Shown in pieces: positions 26,679 through 36,324 of a DNA stretch of 55,544 nt. Each line of letters starts with the position of its first letter. The stretch's first letter is position 1. The translations under genes were made by a program, and so were the position numbers. The notes beneath the pieces are model-generated. The model was given only the letters and a program-made list of their open reading frames with translations. It was not told the origin of the DNA and ran no database searches. The DNA is from Eubacteriales bacterium (GTDB taxonomy: Bacteria; Bacillota; Clostridia; Oscillospirales; CAG-382). The stretch spans positions 1 to 55,544 of the forward strand of contig JAZSGA010000042.1 in the NCBI GenBank assembly GCA_045532495.1, given 5' to 3'.

Positions 26679-27872
26679 ATGGAATATAAAATTTCTGATA
26701 AAATGGCGGTTATGAAACCGTCTGCTATCCGTGAGATATTCAAAAACCTGGGAGCTCCCGGTGCAATTGCTTTATCCGCAGGCAACCCCGCGCCCGAATC
26801 CTTCCCCACAGAGGCAATAAAAAAGATCTCTGCGGAAATATTCGAAAACAACGCAGTTGCGGCACTTCAGTACAGCGTTACCGAAGGCTATCCCAAGCTG
26901 CGCCAGCTGGTTAAGGACCGCATAAAGACAAAATTCGGTGTTGGTGCCGAGGATGATGATACCATAATCACATCCGGCGGTCAGCAGGGTATTGAGCTTA
27001 CATGTAAAGCGCTTTGCAACCCCGGCGATGCCGTTATATGTGAAAACCCCAGCTTTATCGGTGCGCTCAACTCCTTCCGCTCCAACGGTGCGCGCACAGT
27101 TGGCGTTCCGCTGGACGATGACGGTATTAATATTGAAAAGCTTGAACAAACTCTGATTGAAGAGGGCGATAAGGCAAAGATAATTTACGTTATCCCCACA
27201 TTCCAAAATCCCGCAGGCATTTCCACAAGCCTTGAAAAGAGAAAGCGCATTTACGAGCTTGCCCGCAAGTACGATGTTGTTATTATCGAGGATAACCCCT
27301 ACGGAGATTTGCGTTTTGAGGGCGAGGATATCCCCACCATCAAGAGCATGGATACCGACGGCAGAGTTGTTTACTGCGGCTCATTCTCTAAAATCCTTTC
27401 CGCAGGTATGCGTGTGGGCTTTACCTGTGCCAACACAGCACTTATACAAAAGATCGTCGTTGCGAAGCAAGTGGAAGACGTGCACACCAACATTTTCTTC
27501 CAGATGGTTTGTGCGGAATACATGGAGCAGTATGATCTTGACGAGCACATTGAAAAGATCCGTGTGCTTTACCGCGAAAAGTGCCACCACATGCTTGACT
27601 GTCTTGATAAATACTTCCCTGCTCAGGTAAAATATACCCATCCTCAGGGTGGTCTGTTTATCTGGTGTACATTGCCCGAAAACATAAAGCTTCCCGATTT
27701 TATGGCACGTGCCACCGAGCAAAAAGTGTTTGTTGTTCCCGGCACAGCGTTCAACTGTGATGAATCCGCTCCGTCAGATTCCTTCCGACTCAACTATTCC
27801 ACACCCAGCAATGAGGATATTGAAAGAGGTATAAAGCTTCTTGGCGATATTCTTAAGGATATGCTTAAGTAA
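26679..27872 (+). CDS. PLP-dependent aminotransferase, class I/II
   Basis: NPTG-like block (FQNPAG) and the SFSKILSAGMRVGF pyridoxal-lysine motif. ~397 aa. Confidence 0.85.
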   Translation: MEYKISDKMAVMKPSAIREIFKNLGAPGAIALSAGNPAPESFPTEAIKKISAEIFENNAVAALQYSVTEGYPKLRQLVKDRIKTKFGVGAEDDDTIITSGGQQGIELTCKALCNPGDAVICENPSFIGALNSFRSNGARTVGVPLDDDGINIEKLEQTLIEEGDKAKIIYVIPTFQNPAGISTSLEKRKRIYELARKYDVVIIEDNPYGDLRFEGEDIPTIKSMDTDGRVVYCGSFSKILSAGMRVGFTCANTALIQKIVVAKQVEDVHTNIFFQMVCAEYMEQYDLDEHIEKIRVLYREKCHHMLDCLDKYFPAQVKYTHPQGGLFIWCTLPENIKLPDFMARATEQKVFVVPGTAFNCDESAPSDSFRLNYSTPSNEDIERGIKLLGDILKDMLK

Positions 27873-27894
27873 GAATAAACAATAAAAATCAAAG

Positions 27895-27925
27895 GCGATG
27901 CGGCATAAAACCGCATCGCTTTTTT
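27895..27925 (+). terminator. Rho-independent terminator of the ior operon
   Basis: 9-bp stem GCGATGCGG/CCGCATCGC, 7-nt loop, T6 run. Confidence 0.8.
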
Positions 27926-27974
27926 ATCGCTTAAACAGCTTATTTAATAAAACCGTTATATTGTTATCTTTTAC

Positions 27975-28005
27975 AAAAAAGCCGCAGCATTCGCTGCTGC
28001 TTTTT
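27975..28005. terminator. Hairpin with flanking A/T runs downstream of SBP paralog 1
   Basis: GCAGCA/TGCTGC stem flanked by A6 and T5. Lies between convergent transcription units. Confidence 0.5.
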
Positions 28006-28023
28006 GATCTTTATTGGAATTGA

Positions 28024-29505
28024 TTATTCTTCAAGAAGAAGCTCGCGCATTTCTCCAAGGCCTTCCTGGTAAGAGGAGAGGCTGGATGCATAACTGGAAG
28101 CATATGTGTTGCTCTTGCTCTGAACCATAGAGATAATGTTGGGGTAATATGTATGGTAGAGGAAGCGAGCGTTATCCTTGATAATAGGAAGCATTGCTTC
28201 GGATTCGACGTCACGGGTGCTCTTAACTGTAAGAACCTTATCAAAGTATACGGGTGTAAGTTCCTTTGCGCTCTGGTAAGCCATTTCTTCGAGTACAGCA
28301 CCTGTAAGTTCAAGATTGGGGTTGGTTACAGGGATGTATGTAAGAGCTGTCATATTGGAAGAGCGGTTCTGATATTCGGAGTTTTCGTCCCACTTGGGAT
28401 AAGGAAGAATACCGAATTCAAATTCAACGTCCTTAAGACCTGTAATACCGCCAAGGAAGCTGTCCTTGAACATTGCGCGGCCTTCATTGAACATGCCGTT
28501 GTAAATAGCACCGTCTGTTGTTTCGGACCAAGCCTTCTGACCGTCAACAAAAAGATTTACAATGCGGTCGTAGATGGCGTGTGCTTCATCAATATTTTGG
28601 TTAAGAATAGGCATATTGTCGGCATCCTTTTCCAGAGGCGAGTAACCTGTGGAAACAAGGAGAGCAGGGCAAAGTTCCCAGCCCCAACCGGTAAGACCCC
28701 ACTGGTCATCAGTAGCTGTCATAAGACCGTCACCGTTGAGGTCCTTTGCGCCTTGTGCCACAAGATTTTCAAACTTTTCCCAAGTCCATGTGCCGTCAAT
28801 TACGTCCTGGTAAGGGTATTCAAGCTCAAGTGCATCAAAGATGTCCTTGTTGAACACAAGACAGTCGATTCTGTCAATGTAAAGTGCGTAGTCGCCGGTC
28901 ATAACGTAAACTTTATCGCCAAAGCAAAGGTCGTTGGTTATGTTCTGGTACCACCAGTTGTCTGAAAGGTTAACATAAGGAATTGTGTTCCAGTCAACAA
29001 AGTATCTTTCCAGAGTCATCTGGGGCATACCGGAATGCTGAACGTGTACAAATGCGTGGTAAGTATCATCGTTTGCTTCGATGAGAGAACGGAACTGTGC
29101 GGAAGCTTCGCCCTGACCGGTACCTGTAGCAGCATAGCCGCCCTTTACAATGTTCATTTCTACGCCGAAATGTTCACCAACAAGATTATTTCTGCGGTAA
29201 ACTGCATCGTTTACAAGGTCAGATGTTTCTTCTTCGGCGTAAATTGCCTGACCGGTACTACCGATGAGCATGCTAAAGGTTTCACCGTCAAATTTTACAC
29301 CTTCGGGGATGTTAGGGCTGAACTGTGTTGCCAGTCTGTCAACTTCTTCGGGGTCGGTTTCTTCGGTTTCTTCTTCATTGACTTCTGTTTCAGTTTCGTT
29401 AAGATCTGTTTCGGGGCCTGTTGTTTCATCTCCACAGGATGTAAATACAGCCATTGTGGGAACTGCAACCAAAAGCGCCGCCAAAAGCAGGGCAAGTTTT
29501 TTCAT
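28024..29505 (-). CDS. Lipoprotein, ABC-type extracellular solute-binding protein-like (paralog 1)
   Basis: AGGAGG RBS. Signal peptide with a lipobox-like FTSC. Acidic linker. DLNGDG..DQWGL block typical of family-1 SBPs. ~490 aa. Confidence 0.65.
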   Translation of the reverse strand: MKKLALLLAALLVAVPTMAVFTSCGDETTGPETDLNETETEVNEEETEETDPEEVDRLATQFSPNIPEGVKFDGETFSMLIGSTGQAIYAEEETSDLVNDAVYRRNNLVGEHFGVEMNIVKGGYAATGTGQGEASAQFRSLIEANDDTYHAFVHVQHSGMPQMTLERYFVDWNTIPYVNLSDNWWYQNITNDLCFGDKVYVMTGDYALYIDRIDCLVFNKDIFDALELEYPYQDVIDGTWTWEKFENLVAQGAKDLNGDGLMTATDDQWGLTGWGWELCPALLVSTGYSPLEKDADNMPILNQNIDEAHAIYDRIVNLFVDGQKAWSETTDGAIYNGMFNEGRAMFKDSFLGGITGLKDVEFEFGILPYPKWDENSEYQNRSSNMTALTYIPVTNPNLELTGAVLEEMAYQSAKELTPVYFDKVLTVKSTRDVESEAMLPIIKDNARFLYHTYYPNIISMVQSKSNTYASSYASSLSSYQEGLGEMRELLLEE

Positions 29506-29535
29506 TGGATTTGTCCTCCTGGTTTTGTATTTCTG

Positions 29536-29567
29536 AAAACCTGCCGCACACCAAGGTGTACGGCAGG
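29536..29567 (-). terminator. Rho-independent terminator after SBP paralog 2
   Basis: On the minus strand: CCTGCCGTACA/TGTGCGGCAGG, an 11-bp stem with one mismatch, then TTTTC. Confidence 0.7.
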
Positions 29568-29596
29568 CAAATCAGCAAAGTTAAACTATTGTGCGA

Positions 29597-31069
29597 TTAT
29601 TCTCCGAGAAGAAGTTCACGCATTTCTTCAAGATCTTCCTGATACTGGGTAAGACCCGAAGCATATCTGGATGCAAATGTGTTGCTCTTGTTCTGAACCA
29701 TGCCGATAATTCCGGGTGTGTAGCCATCATAAAGGAAGCGGGCGTTATCCTTGATGATAGGAAGCATCGCTTCGGATTCAACGTCACGGGTACTCTTAAC
29801 TGTAAGAACGGTATCAAAGTAAATGGGTGTAAGTTCCTTTGCGCTCTGGAAAGCCATTTCTTCAAGCACAGCACCTGTCATTTCGATGTTGGAGTTTGTA
29901 ACAGGGATGTATGTAAGAGGGCTCATGTTTGCAGAACGGTTCATGTAAGGAGTGTTTTCGTCCCACTTGGGATAAGGAAGAATACCGAAATCAAATTCAA
30001 CATCCTTAAGGCTTGTGATACCGCCAAGGAACAGATCCTTGAACATTGCACGGCCTTCGGTGAAGGAAGACATCTGTGCGCCGTAGTTGGAGGATTCTGC
30101 CCATGCATACTGGCCGTTAGCAAAGAGGTTTACAATGCGGTCGTAAATTTCATGGGTTTCGTCAACGTTTTCGTTAAGAACAGGCATGTTATCGGCATCC
30201 TTGGTAAGAGGAGAATAGCCGGAGGAAACGAGCAAAGCATACGCCATTTCGTAGATCCAGCCGGTAAGACCCCACTGGTCATCCTCAAGAGTCATGTTAC
30301 CGTCACCGTTAAGGTCTTCGGCACCCTGTTTTACGAGTTCTTCGAATTTATCCCATGTCCATGTGCCGTCAAGAACATCCTGGTAGGGATATTCAAGGCC
30401 AAGGTCATCGAAAATGTCCTTGTTGAACACAAGGCAGTCTATTCTGTCGATATAAACAGCGTAGTCACCGGTCATAACGTAAACTTTATCGCCAAAGCAA
30501 AGTTCGTCACGTACGCCCTGATGCCACCATTCTTCGTCGAGGTTGATGTAAGGGATTGTGTTCCAGTCCACAAAGTACTTTTCAAGAATCATCTGAGGCA
30601 TACCTGTGTGCTGAACGTGTGTAAATGCATGATATGTATCGTCATTGGCTTCGATGAGAGAACGGAAGTAGGATGTAGCTTCACGCTGGCCTTCGCTTTC
30701 GTTGTAGCCGCCCTTAACGATGTTCATTTCAACACCGAAATGTTCGCCGATAAGGCTGTTTCTGCGGTAAACCGCATCGTTTACGAGGTCGGAATTTTCT
30801 TCTTCGGCGTAAATATAGTTACCAACGCTGCCGATGAGCAGGCTGAAGGTTTCGCCGTCAAATTTTATTCCTTCGGGAACATTGGGGCTAAATGCGAGGG
30901 AAAGCTTATCAGCTTCTTCGTCATCTGCTTCAACATCTGTTTCGCCCTCTGTTTCATCTGTAACAGAGCTGTCCACCTGGGTGTCTGTTTCTTCGCCGCA
31001 GGATGCAAACAGCACCATTGTGGGAACAGAAACCAAAAGTGCAGCAAGTAAAAGCGCAATTTTTTTCAT
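29597..31069 (-). CDS. Lipoprotein, ABC-type extracellular solute-binding protein-like (paralog 2)
   Basis: The ATG at 31069 has an AGGAGG RBS. Lipobox-like FASC. Collinear with paralogs 1 and 3 along the whole length. Confidence 0.65.
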   Translation of the reverse strand: MKKIALLLAALLVSVPTMVLFASCGEETDTQVDSSVTDETEGETDVEADDEEADKLSLAFSPNVPEGIKFDGETFSLLIGSVGNYIYAEEENSDLVNDAVYRRNSLIGEHFGVEMNIVKGGYNESEGQREATSYFRSLIEANDDTYHAFTHVQHTGMPQMILEKYFVDWNTIPYINLDEEWWHQGVRDELCFGDKVYVMTGDYAVYIDRIDCLVFNKDIFDDLGLEYPYQDVLDGTWTWDKFEELVKQGAEDLNGDGNMTLEDDQWGLTGWIYEMAYALLVSSGYSPLTKDADNMPVLNENVDETHEIYDRIVNLFANGQYAWAESSNYGAQMSSFTEGRAMFKDLFLGGITSLKDVEFDFGILPYPKWDENTPYMNRSANMSPLTYIPVTNSNIEMTGAVLEEMAFQSAKELTPIYFDTVLTVKSTRDVESEAMLPIIKDNARFLYDGYTPGIIGMVQNKSNTFASRYASGLTQYQEDLEEMRELLLGE

Positions 31070-31128
31070 GTTTTCCTCCTGAAAAATCAAATTGATATAT
31101 CAAAACCGGTTACGGTTAAGACCAAAAG

Positions 31129-32589
31129 TTATTCTGCCAGCAAAAGCTCGCGCATTTCCTCAAGTTCTTCCTGATAAGACGAAAGCTTGGAAGAAAAATC
31201 AGAAGAATATGTGTTTGTACCCGACATTACCATGTTATGGATTGAAGGTATAAAGCTGGAATAAAGGAAGCGTGCGTTGTTTTTGATGATAGGAAGCATG
31301 GCTTCGGATTCAACGTCACGGGTGTTCTTTACGGTAAGAACTATATCAAAGTAAAGTGGTGTAAGCTCCTTGGCGCTCTGATATGCCATTTCCTCAAGCA
31401 CAGCACCTGTAAGCTCGAGGTTGGAGTTTGTAACGGGAATATATGTGAGCGCAGTCATGTTTGAAGAACGGTTCTGATACTCGGAATTTTCATCCCACTT
31501 GGGGTAAGGAAGAATACCGAAATCAAAATCAACATCCGCATAGGTGGTAATGCTGCCAAGGAACAGATCCTTGAACATTGCTTTACCTTCGCTGAAGCCA
31601 TTGTGCTGTGACATATAGTCGGTGGTTTCGGACCATGCAGACTGTTTGTCTTTAAAAAGATTAACCACACGCTCAAAGATAGCATGAGTTTCGTCTACAT
31701 TCTGATTGAGAACAGGCATGTTGTCGGCGTCCTTTTCCAATGGAGCATAGCCTGTGGAAACAAGCAGCGCGTAAAGAAGTTCTGGCTGCCAGCCAAGAAG
31801 TCCCCAGCGGTCTTCGCCGTAAGTCATAAGACCGTCACCGTTAAGGTCCTTTGCGCCAAGTTTGATAAGTTCTTCAAACTTATCCCATGTCCATGTGCCG
31901 TCAAGAACATCCTGATAAGGATATTCAAGTCCAAGCTCATCAAACACGTCACGGTTAAAGAGCAGACAATCGATCTTGTCAATATAAAGGGCGTAATCAC
32001 CCGTCATAACATAAACCTTATCGCCAAAGCAAAGATCCTTTGTTATATTCTGGTACCACCATTCATCTTCCATGTTGATATAAGGAACGGTGTTCCAGTC
32101 CACAAAGTATTTTTCAAGTATCATCTGGGGCATACCTGTATGCTGTACATGCACAAAGGTATGGTAGGTATCATCGTTTGCTTCGATAAGTGAACGGAAC
32201 TGGGTGGTTGCTTCCTGCTGACCTTCACCGGTGGTTGCAGCACCTGTTTTTACGATGTTCATTTCAACGCCGAAGTGTTCGCCTACAAGTGCATTTCTGC
32301 GGTAGTTGGCATCGTTTACAAGATCCGAGTTTTCGTTTTCGGCATAGATGCTTTGGCCTGTACTGCCAATAAGCATGCCGAAGGTTTCGCCTTCAAACTT
32401 TACGCCCTCTGGGATGTTGGGGCTGAACTGTGTTGCCAATCTGTTAGAACTTTCGGAATCGGTTTCTGTTTCTTCCTGAACAACTTGATCAACGACGGTT
32501 TCGGTATCCTGTTGTCCGCAGGATGCAAACAAAGCAGTTGTGGGCACCGCCACAAGCAGAGCCGCCAGAATTAATGTTAGTTTTTTCAT
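31129..32589 (-). CDS. Lipoprotein, ABC-type extracellular solute-binding protein-like (paralog 3)
   Basis: The ATG at 32589 (RBS AAAGGA) lies only 13 nt after the pfp stop. Lipobox-like FASC. Long identical peptide runs shared with paralog 1. Confidence 0.65.
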   Translation of the reverse strand: MKKLTLILAALLVAVPTTALFASCGQQDTETVVDQVVQEETETDSESSNRLATQFSPNIPEGVKFEGETFGMLIGSTGQSIYAENENSDLVNDANYRRNALVGEHFGVEMNIVKTGAATTGEGQQEATTQFRSLIEANDDTYHTFVHVQHTGMPQMILEKYFVDWNTVPYINMEDEWWYQNITKDLCFGDKVYVMTGDYALYIDKIDCLLFNRDVFDELGLEYPYQDVLDGTWTWDKFEELIKLGAKDLNGDGLMTYGEDRWGLLGWQPELLYALLVSTGYAPLEKDADNMPVLNQNVDETHAIFERVVNLFKDKQSAWSETTDYMSQHNGFSEGKAMFKDLFLGSITTYADVDFDFGILPYPKWDENSEYQNRSSNMTALTYIPVTNSNLELTGAVLEEMAYQSAKELTPLYFDIVLTVKNTRDVESEAMLPIIKNNARFLYSSFIPSIHNMVMSGTNTYSSDFSSKLSSYQEELEEMRELLLAE

Positions 32590-32602
32590 GATAGTTCCTT
32601 TC

Positions 32603-33841
32603 TTAAAACGAAAAATGCTGAGGTAATCCGTTTTTGTAGATAATATCACATTCGCCGCAGATAAGCGGTTCAAGATATTCAATACACTGTTCTGTTATGC
32701 CGTTTTGTTCGTGGTTTATAAAGCTGTCGGGCACTTTTTTGATCTGATTTGCCACAAGTGTTACATCCACGGGTGCTATATCAAAGCATATGTTTCCGTC
32801 TTTATCGGTATTTCTTACATATGCCGCCATTTTTCCGCTCAAGCCCGACATGGCAATATCAACAGCACCTCTGCCAACTTTTACGGAATCGTTTATATCC
32901 GTAGCAGAAAGCAGGTGACCTGCACAACGCTGAAGAATGTTTACTTCCACCGAGCGCACCTTGCAGCCTATTTTTTCACGCACAAGGTTTTCGAGATATT
33001 TTCCCGTGCCGGAAAGATATTTGTGACCAAAGCTGTCAACAATACCGCTCATGGCGGATTCGCCCACATACTTTCCGTCTGCGGTACGCAAGCCTTCGGA
33101 AACAGCAATAACCACATAAGGAGTGCCGCCGTTAGTGAAAGCGTTATTTATATCGGAAATAAATTTATCCTGCGAAAAATCACATTCGGGAAGGTAAATA
33201 AGCGAGGGGCCAACACCTGTTATGGCCTTTGAAAGGCCTGCCGACGCAGTAAGCCAACCCGCATCACGTCCCATTATTTCAACTATGGTAACGGCGCGGG
33301 TTTTGTAAACCGAGCAGTCACGCATAATTTCCTGCATGGAGCAGGCAATATATTTTGCAGCCGAGCCAAATCCGGGGGTATGATCGGTGAGCACCAAATC
33401 GTTATCAATGGTTTTGGGCACGCCGATAAAATGCATTTTGCGTTTTTCGGGATGAGCTTCCGCATAAGCTGTGAGGCGTGATACCGCATCCATGCTGTCG
33501 TTACCGCCTATGTAAAAGAAGTAGCTTATGTTGTACTTTTCAAAAATACCGTAAAGCGCTTCTGCGGTTTCGTCATCCTTTAACTTTTTGCGACAGGATC
33601 CCAGTGCCGCGGCAGGGGTATGGGCAAGCAGGGATAAATTTTTATCAACCGAAGCTGTAAAATAACTTTTAATATCGATAAGTTCTTCGGCAAGCAAGCC
33701 TTCGATGCCGTTTTTCATGCCGTATATTTTTTCAAAGCCTGCGTCAAGGCACCCGCTTATAACGCCTGTCAATGTGGCATTTATGGCGCTGGTGGGGCCG
33801 CCCGACTGACCGATAACGGCGTTTCCGATTGGTTTATTCAA
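32603..33841 (-). CDS. pfp: Phosphofructokinase, probably PPi-dependent
   Basis: GQSGGPTSAIN. GGNDS where ATP-PFKs have GGDGS. PKTIDND with Lys where ATP-PFKs have Gly; these are the established PPi-versus-ATP discriminator positions. TTG start. Confidence 0.75.
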   Translation of the reverse strand: MNKPIGNAVIGQSGGPTSAINATLTGVISGCLDAGFEKIYGMKNGIEGLLAEELIDIKSYFTASVDKNLSLLAHTPAAALGSCRKKLKDDETAEALYGIFEKYNISYFFYIGGNDSMDAVSRLTAYAEAHPEKRKMHFIGVPKTIDNDLVLTDHTPGFGSAAKYIACSMQEIMRDCSVYKTRAVTIVEIMGRDAGWLTASAGLSKAITGVGPSLIYLPECDFSQDKFISDINNAFTNGGTPYVVIAVSEGLRTADGKYVGESAMSGIVDSFGHKYLSGTGKYLENLVREKIGCKVRSVEVNILQRCAGHLLSATDINDSVKVGRGAVDIAMSGLSGKMAAYVRNTDKDGNICFDIAPVDVTLVANQIKKVPDSFINHEQNGITEQCIEYLEPLICGECDIIYKNGLPQHFSF

Positions 33842-33853
33842 GGCATTTACCTC

Positions 33854-34501
33854 TCAAAGTGATTTAAACTGTTTTACTGCGGCGGCAACATCCTGTGCAC
33901 CGAACACAGCAGAGCCCGCAACCAGCACATTTGCACCGTTTTCCACAGCAAGGTGTGCGTTTTCGGGAGTAATTCCACCGTCCACCTGAATGTCAGTTTC
34001 TGCCCCCTTAAGCTTAACTGCATCGTAAACCTGCTTTATGGAGGAAAGGGTATCGGGAATAAGCTTTTGACCTCCAAAGCCGGGTTCAACTGTCATTACA
34101 AGGATCATATCGGCGTTGCCGATAAACGGCTCAAGCACAAAAGCGGGGGTGGAAGGTTTTATGGCAATGCCTGCCTTTTTACCGCATCTTTTGATCTCAT
34201 CGATAACCGCCTGCTGATCGTTGCAGCTTTCGTAATGGAAAGTGATAATATCCGCACCGCACTCGGCAAAACGCTCGATATAGCGGATGGGATCGATTAT
34301 CATAAGGTGAACATCAAAAATAAGGTTGGAATGTTTTCTTAAGGATGAAATTATCGGCATGCCAAAGGATATATTAGGAACAAAATTGCCATCCATAACA
34401 TCAAGATGAAGCATGTCGCTGCCTGCATTTTCAATTTTTTCAACTTCGTTTTTAAGTTGAGAAAAATCCGCCGCAAGCAAAGAAGGAGAAAGTTTTATCA
34501 T
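33854..34501 (-). CDS. rpe: Ribulose-phosphate 3-epimerase
   Basis: SLLAADF...LHLDVMDGNFVPNISFG...HLM...MTVEPGFGGQ...VDGG, the canonical Rpe motifs. Confidence 0.9.
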   Translation of the reverse strand: MIKLSPSLLAADFSQLKNEVEKIENAGSDMLHLDVMDGNFVPNISFGMPIISSLRKHSNLIFDVHLMIIDPIRYIERFAECGADIITFHYESCNDQQAVIDEIKRCGKKAGIAIKPSTPAFVLEPFIGNADMILVMTVEPGFGGQKLIPDTLSSIKQVYDAVKLKGAETDIQVDGGITPENAHLAVENGANVLVAGSAVFGAQDVAAAVKQFKSL

Positions 34502-34700
34502 TATTCAGCTGTCTCTTTCGTTTAATTTTAAAATTTTAAAGAATTTCGGTCCCTCACACGGCTGTGGCACCAAAATTCACGGATACATAAAATACATTGT
34601 GCCTAAAAAGCACCAAAGATTCGTGCGGGCAAACCACAAAGGAAGTTTAAACTTTAAGGACTTTTGCTTTTTTAAGTGGTAAAGCCGCACTTTATATATA

Positions 34701-35555
34701 TCAACCCAGGGTGTATTCCAGCCACTTTACGGCATATTCTACCCAGGCGCTTACATGGGCAGCATCACGGTTCTGAACACCTTTAAGCACATCCGCTTCG
34801 GCAGTGGAAAGACCGTGGGGACCTTCGGGGAAAATATGTACTTCAAAGGGAATTTTCGCCGCAGAAAGGGCTGTTGCCATTTTAAGGGTATTTTCCACGG
34901 GGACACAGCTATCGGCAGCTGTGTGCCACAGGAAGCAGGGGCAGGTTTTTTCGGTAACCTGTTTTTCGGTGGAATAAAGGACTTTATCCTTTTCGAAATC
35001 AGGGGATGCATTGAGCAGGTTGCGGAACGAGCCCTCATGCCATTCTTTATCCGATGTAATTACGGGATAGCTTAAAATTGCGGCATTGGGCTTGTTTTCG
35101 CCGTAATTGATGCCTGCATTTTCAACCACAAAGTCATGATGCCACATGGTGGCAAGGGATGATGCCAAATGACCGCCCGCAGAAAAGCCTATTATGGCAA
35201 TTTTTTCGGGATCAATGTTGTATTTTTCGGCGTCACGGCGGATAAGTGCCATTGCCTTTGATGCTTCAAGCAGAGGCTTGGGAAGCCCTGTTTTTTTATC
35301 GGTTATTTTTTCGTTGTTTGCACCGTGGGCTGTGACGGAATAGGTAAGTATAAAGGTGTTGTACCCTGCCGCATAGAATTTGCGTACAATGGGTTCCGCC
35401 TCACGTTCGGAAACCATACCGTAACCGCCGCCGGGAATAACCAGCATTGCCTTGCGCTTTTCGTTGTATTCGGCTGTGGGGAGTGAGCAAAGGGCATCAA
35501 AGTAGCCCCAGTCATCTTCTTTGTTTAAATAAACACGTTCCTGAAGAATAGCCAT
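34701..35555 (-). CDS. Alpha/beta hydrolase (acetyl esterase/lipase-like)
   Basis: PGGGY oxyanion block, GFSAGGHLA nucleophile elbow, C-terminal D...H residues. No signal peptide. Confidence 0.75.
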   Translation of the reverse strand: MAILQERVYLNKEDDWGYFDALCSLPTAEYNEKRKAMLVIPGGGYGMVSEREAEPIVRKFYAAGYNTFILTYSVTAHGANNEKITDKKTGLPKPLLEASKAMALIRRDAEKYNIDPEKIAIIGFSAGGHLASSLATMWHHDFVVENAGINYGENKPNAAILSYPVITSDKEWHEGSFRNLLNASPDFEKDKVLYSTEKQVTEKTCPCFLWHTAADSCVPVENTLKMATALSAAKIPFEVHIFPEGPHGLSTAEADVLKGVQNRDAAHVSAWVEYAVKWLEYTLG

Positions 35556-35584
35556 GGTTTTCTCCTGATCAAAAAATGTTATTA

Positions 35585-36229
35585 TTATGCATCATAGCGC
35601 TCGCCGGTTATTTCGAATACGGCAGAGGCGCCTGTAAAATCGTCCACAAAAGTCTTGAAGCTGTCAAAATCGGTGGCATCCACAGCAAGGGTAAAGCTTA
35701 CTTTTTCGCCAAAATCGCAGGAATCCTGCTTTATGCCCCGTGCATCAAGCTCTTTTTTAATCTTTTCGTAATGGGAATAATCCACAGTAAGCGAAAATTC
35801 GGTAAACGGGCGGAATTCGCAGATGCCTGCGGCATCTATCGCCATTTTTGCGGCTTTGGCATATGCCCTTACAAGACCGCCTGCACCAAGCAGTATGCCG
35901 CCGAAATAACGGGTGACAACAATAACAACTCCGCACAGCTCTTCTCGCTTTATAACCTCAAGCACGGGCATGCCTGCGGTGCCCTGAGGCTCGCCGTCAT
36001 CGGAAAACCTTGCAATTTCGGTGCCTTCTAAAATGTACGCATAAACATTGTGCGTGGCATCGGCATGCATTTTCTTGATATCGGCGATAAAATCCTTTGC
36101 ATCCTGCTCGCAGGAGACCGGGGAAATGTACCCGATAAAGACTGATTTTTTCTCGGTAAATTCGGCGCTGGTGCGCAGTTTTACCGTTCTGTAGCTCTTC
36201 ACCGTCACACTCCTCCTATTTTTATACAT
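35585..36229 (-). CDS. yigZ: YigZ/IMPACT-family protein (UPF0029)
   Basis: EKKSVFIGY...ATHNVYAY...SDDGEPQGTAG.P block, characteristic of YigZ. Confidence 0.8.
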   Translation of the reverse strand: MYKNRRSVTVKSYRTVKLRTSAEFTEKKSVFIGYISPVSCEQDAKDFIADIKKMHADATHNVYAYILEGTEIARFSDDGEPQGTAGMPVLEVIKREELCGVVIVVTRYFGGILLGAGGLVRAYAKAAKMAIDAAGICEFRPFTEFSLTVDYSHYEKIKKELDARGIKQDSCDFGEKVSFTLAVDATDFDSFKTFVDDFTGASAVFEITGERYDA

Positions 36230-36271
36230 ATACTACTATACCACAAAAATTGCAAATTGTAAAGGGGGTAT

Positions 36272-36307
36272 ATTATAAAAAAGGAAAGTGCACCAAAGCG
36301 GTGCACT
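36272..36307 (-). terminator. Rho-independent terminator after icd
   Basis: 8-bp stem AGTGCACC/GGTGCACT, 5-nt loop, followed on the minus strand by TTCCTTTTTT. Confidence 0.7.
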
Positions 36308-36324
36308 TTTTCATTAGTATTTAA

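Larger units (their letters stand above)
28024..32589 (-). repeat. Tandem triplication of a ~1.5-kb lipoprotein gene
   Basis: The three head-to-tail ORFs share long blocks, e.g. CFGDKVYVMTGDYA.YID.IDCL.FN.D.FD and LTVK.TRDVESEAMLPIIK.NARFLY. Confidence 0.85.

Noticed and set aside
29591-31051. 486-aa ORF on the plus strand. Similar long antisense ORFs occur at 28153-28965, 31684-32193, 21432-22439, 4425-5096, 5090-5926, 6740-7474, 25683-26438, 40483-41304 and 42289-42876.
   Set aside because: Each lies exactly opposite a gene with strong motif support. Their products are Cys/Phe/Val/Lys-rich with no recognisable domains, and they lack RBSs. They are shadow ORFs produced by the codon bias of the real gene.
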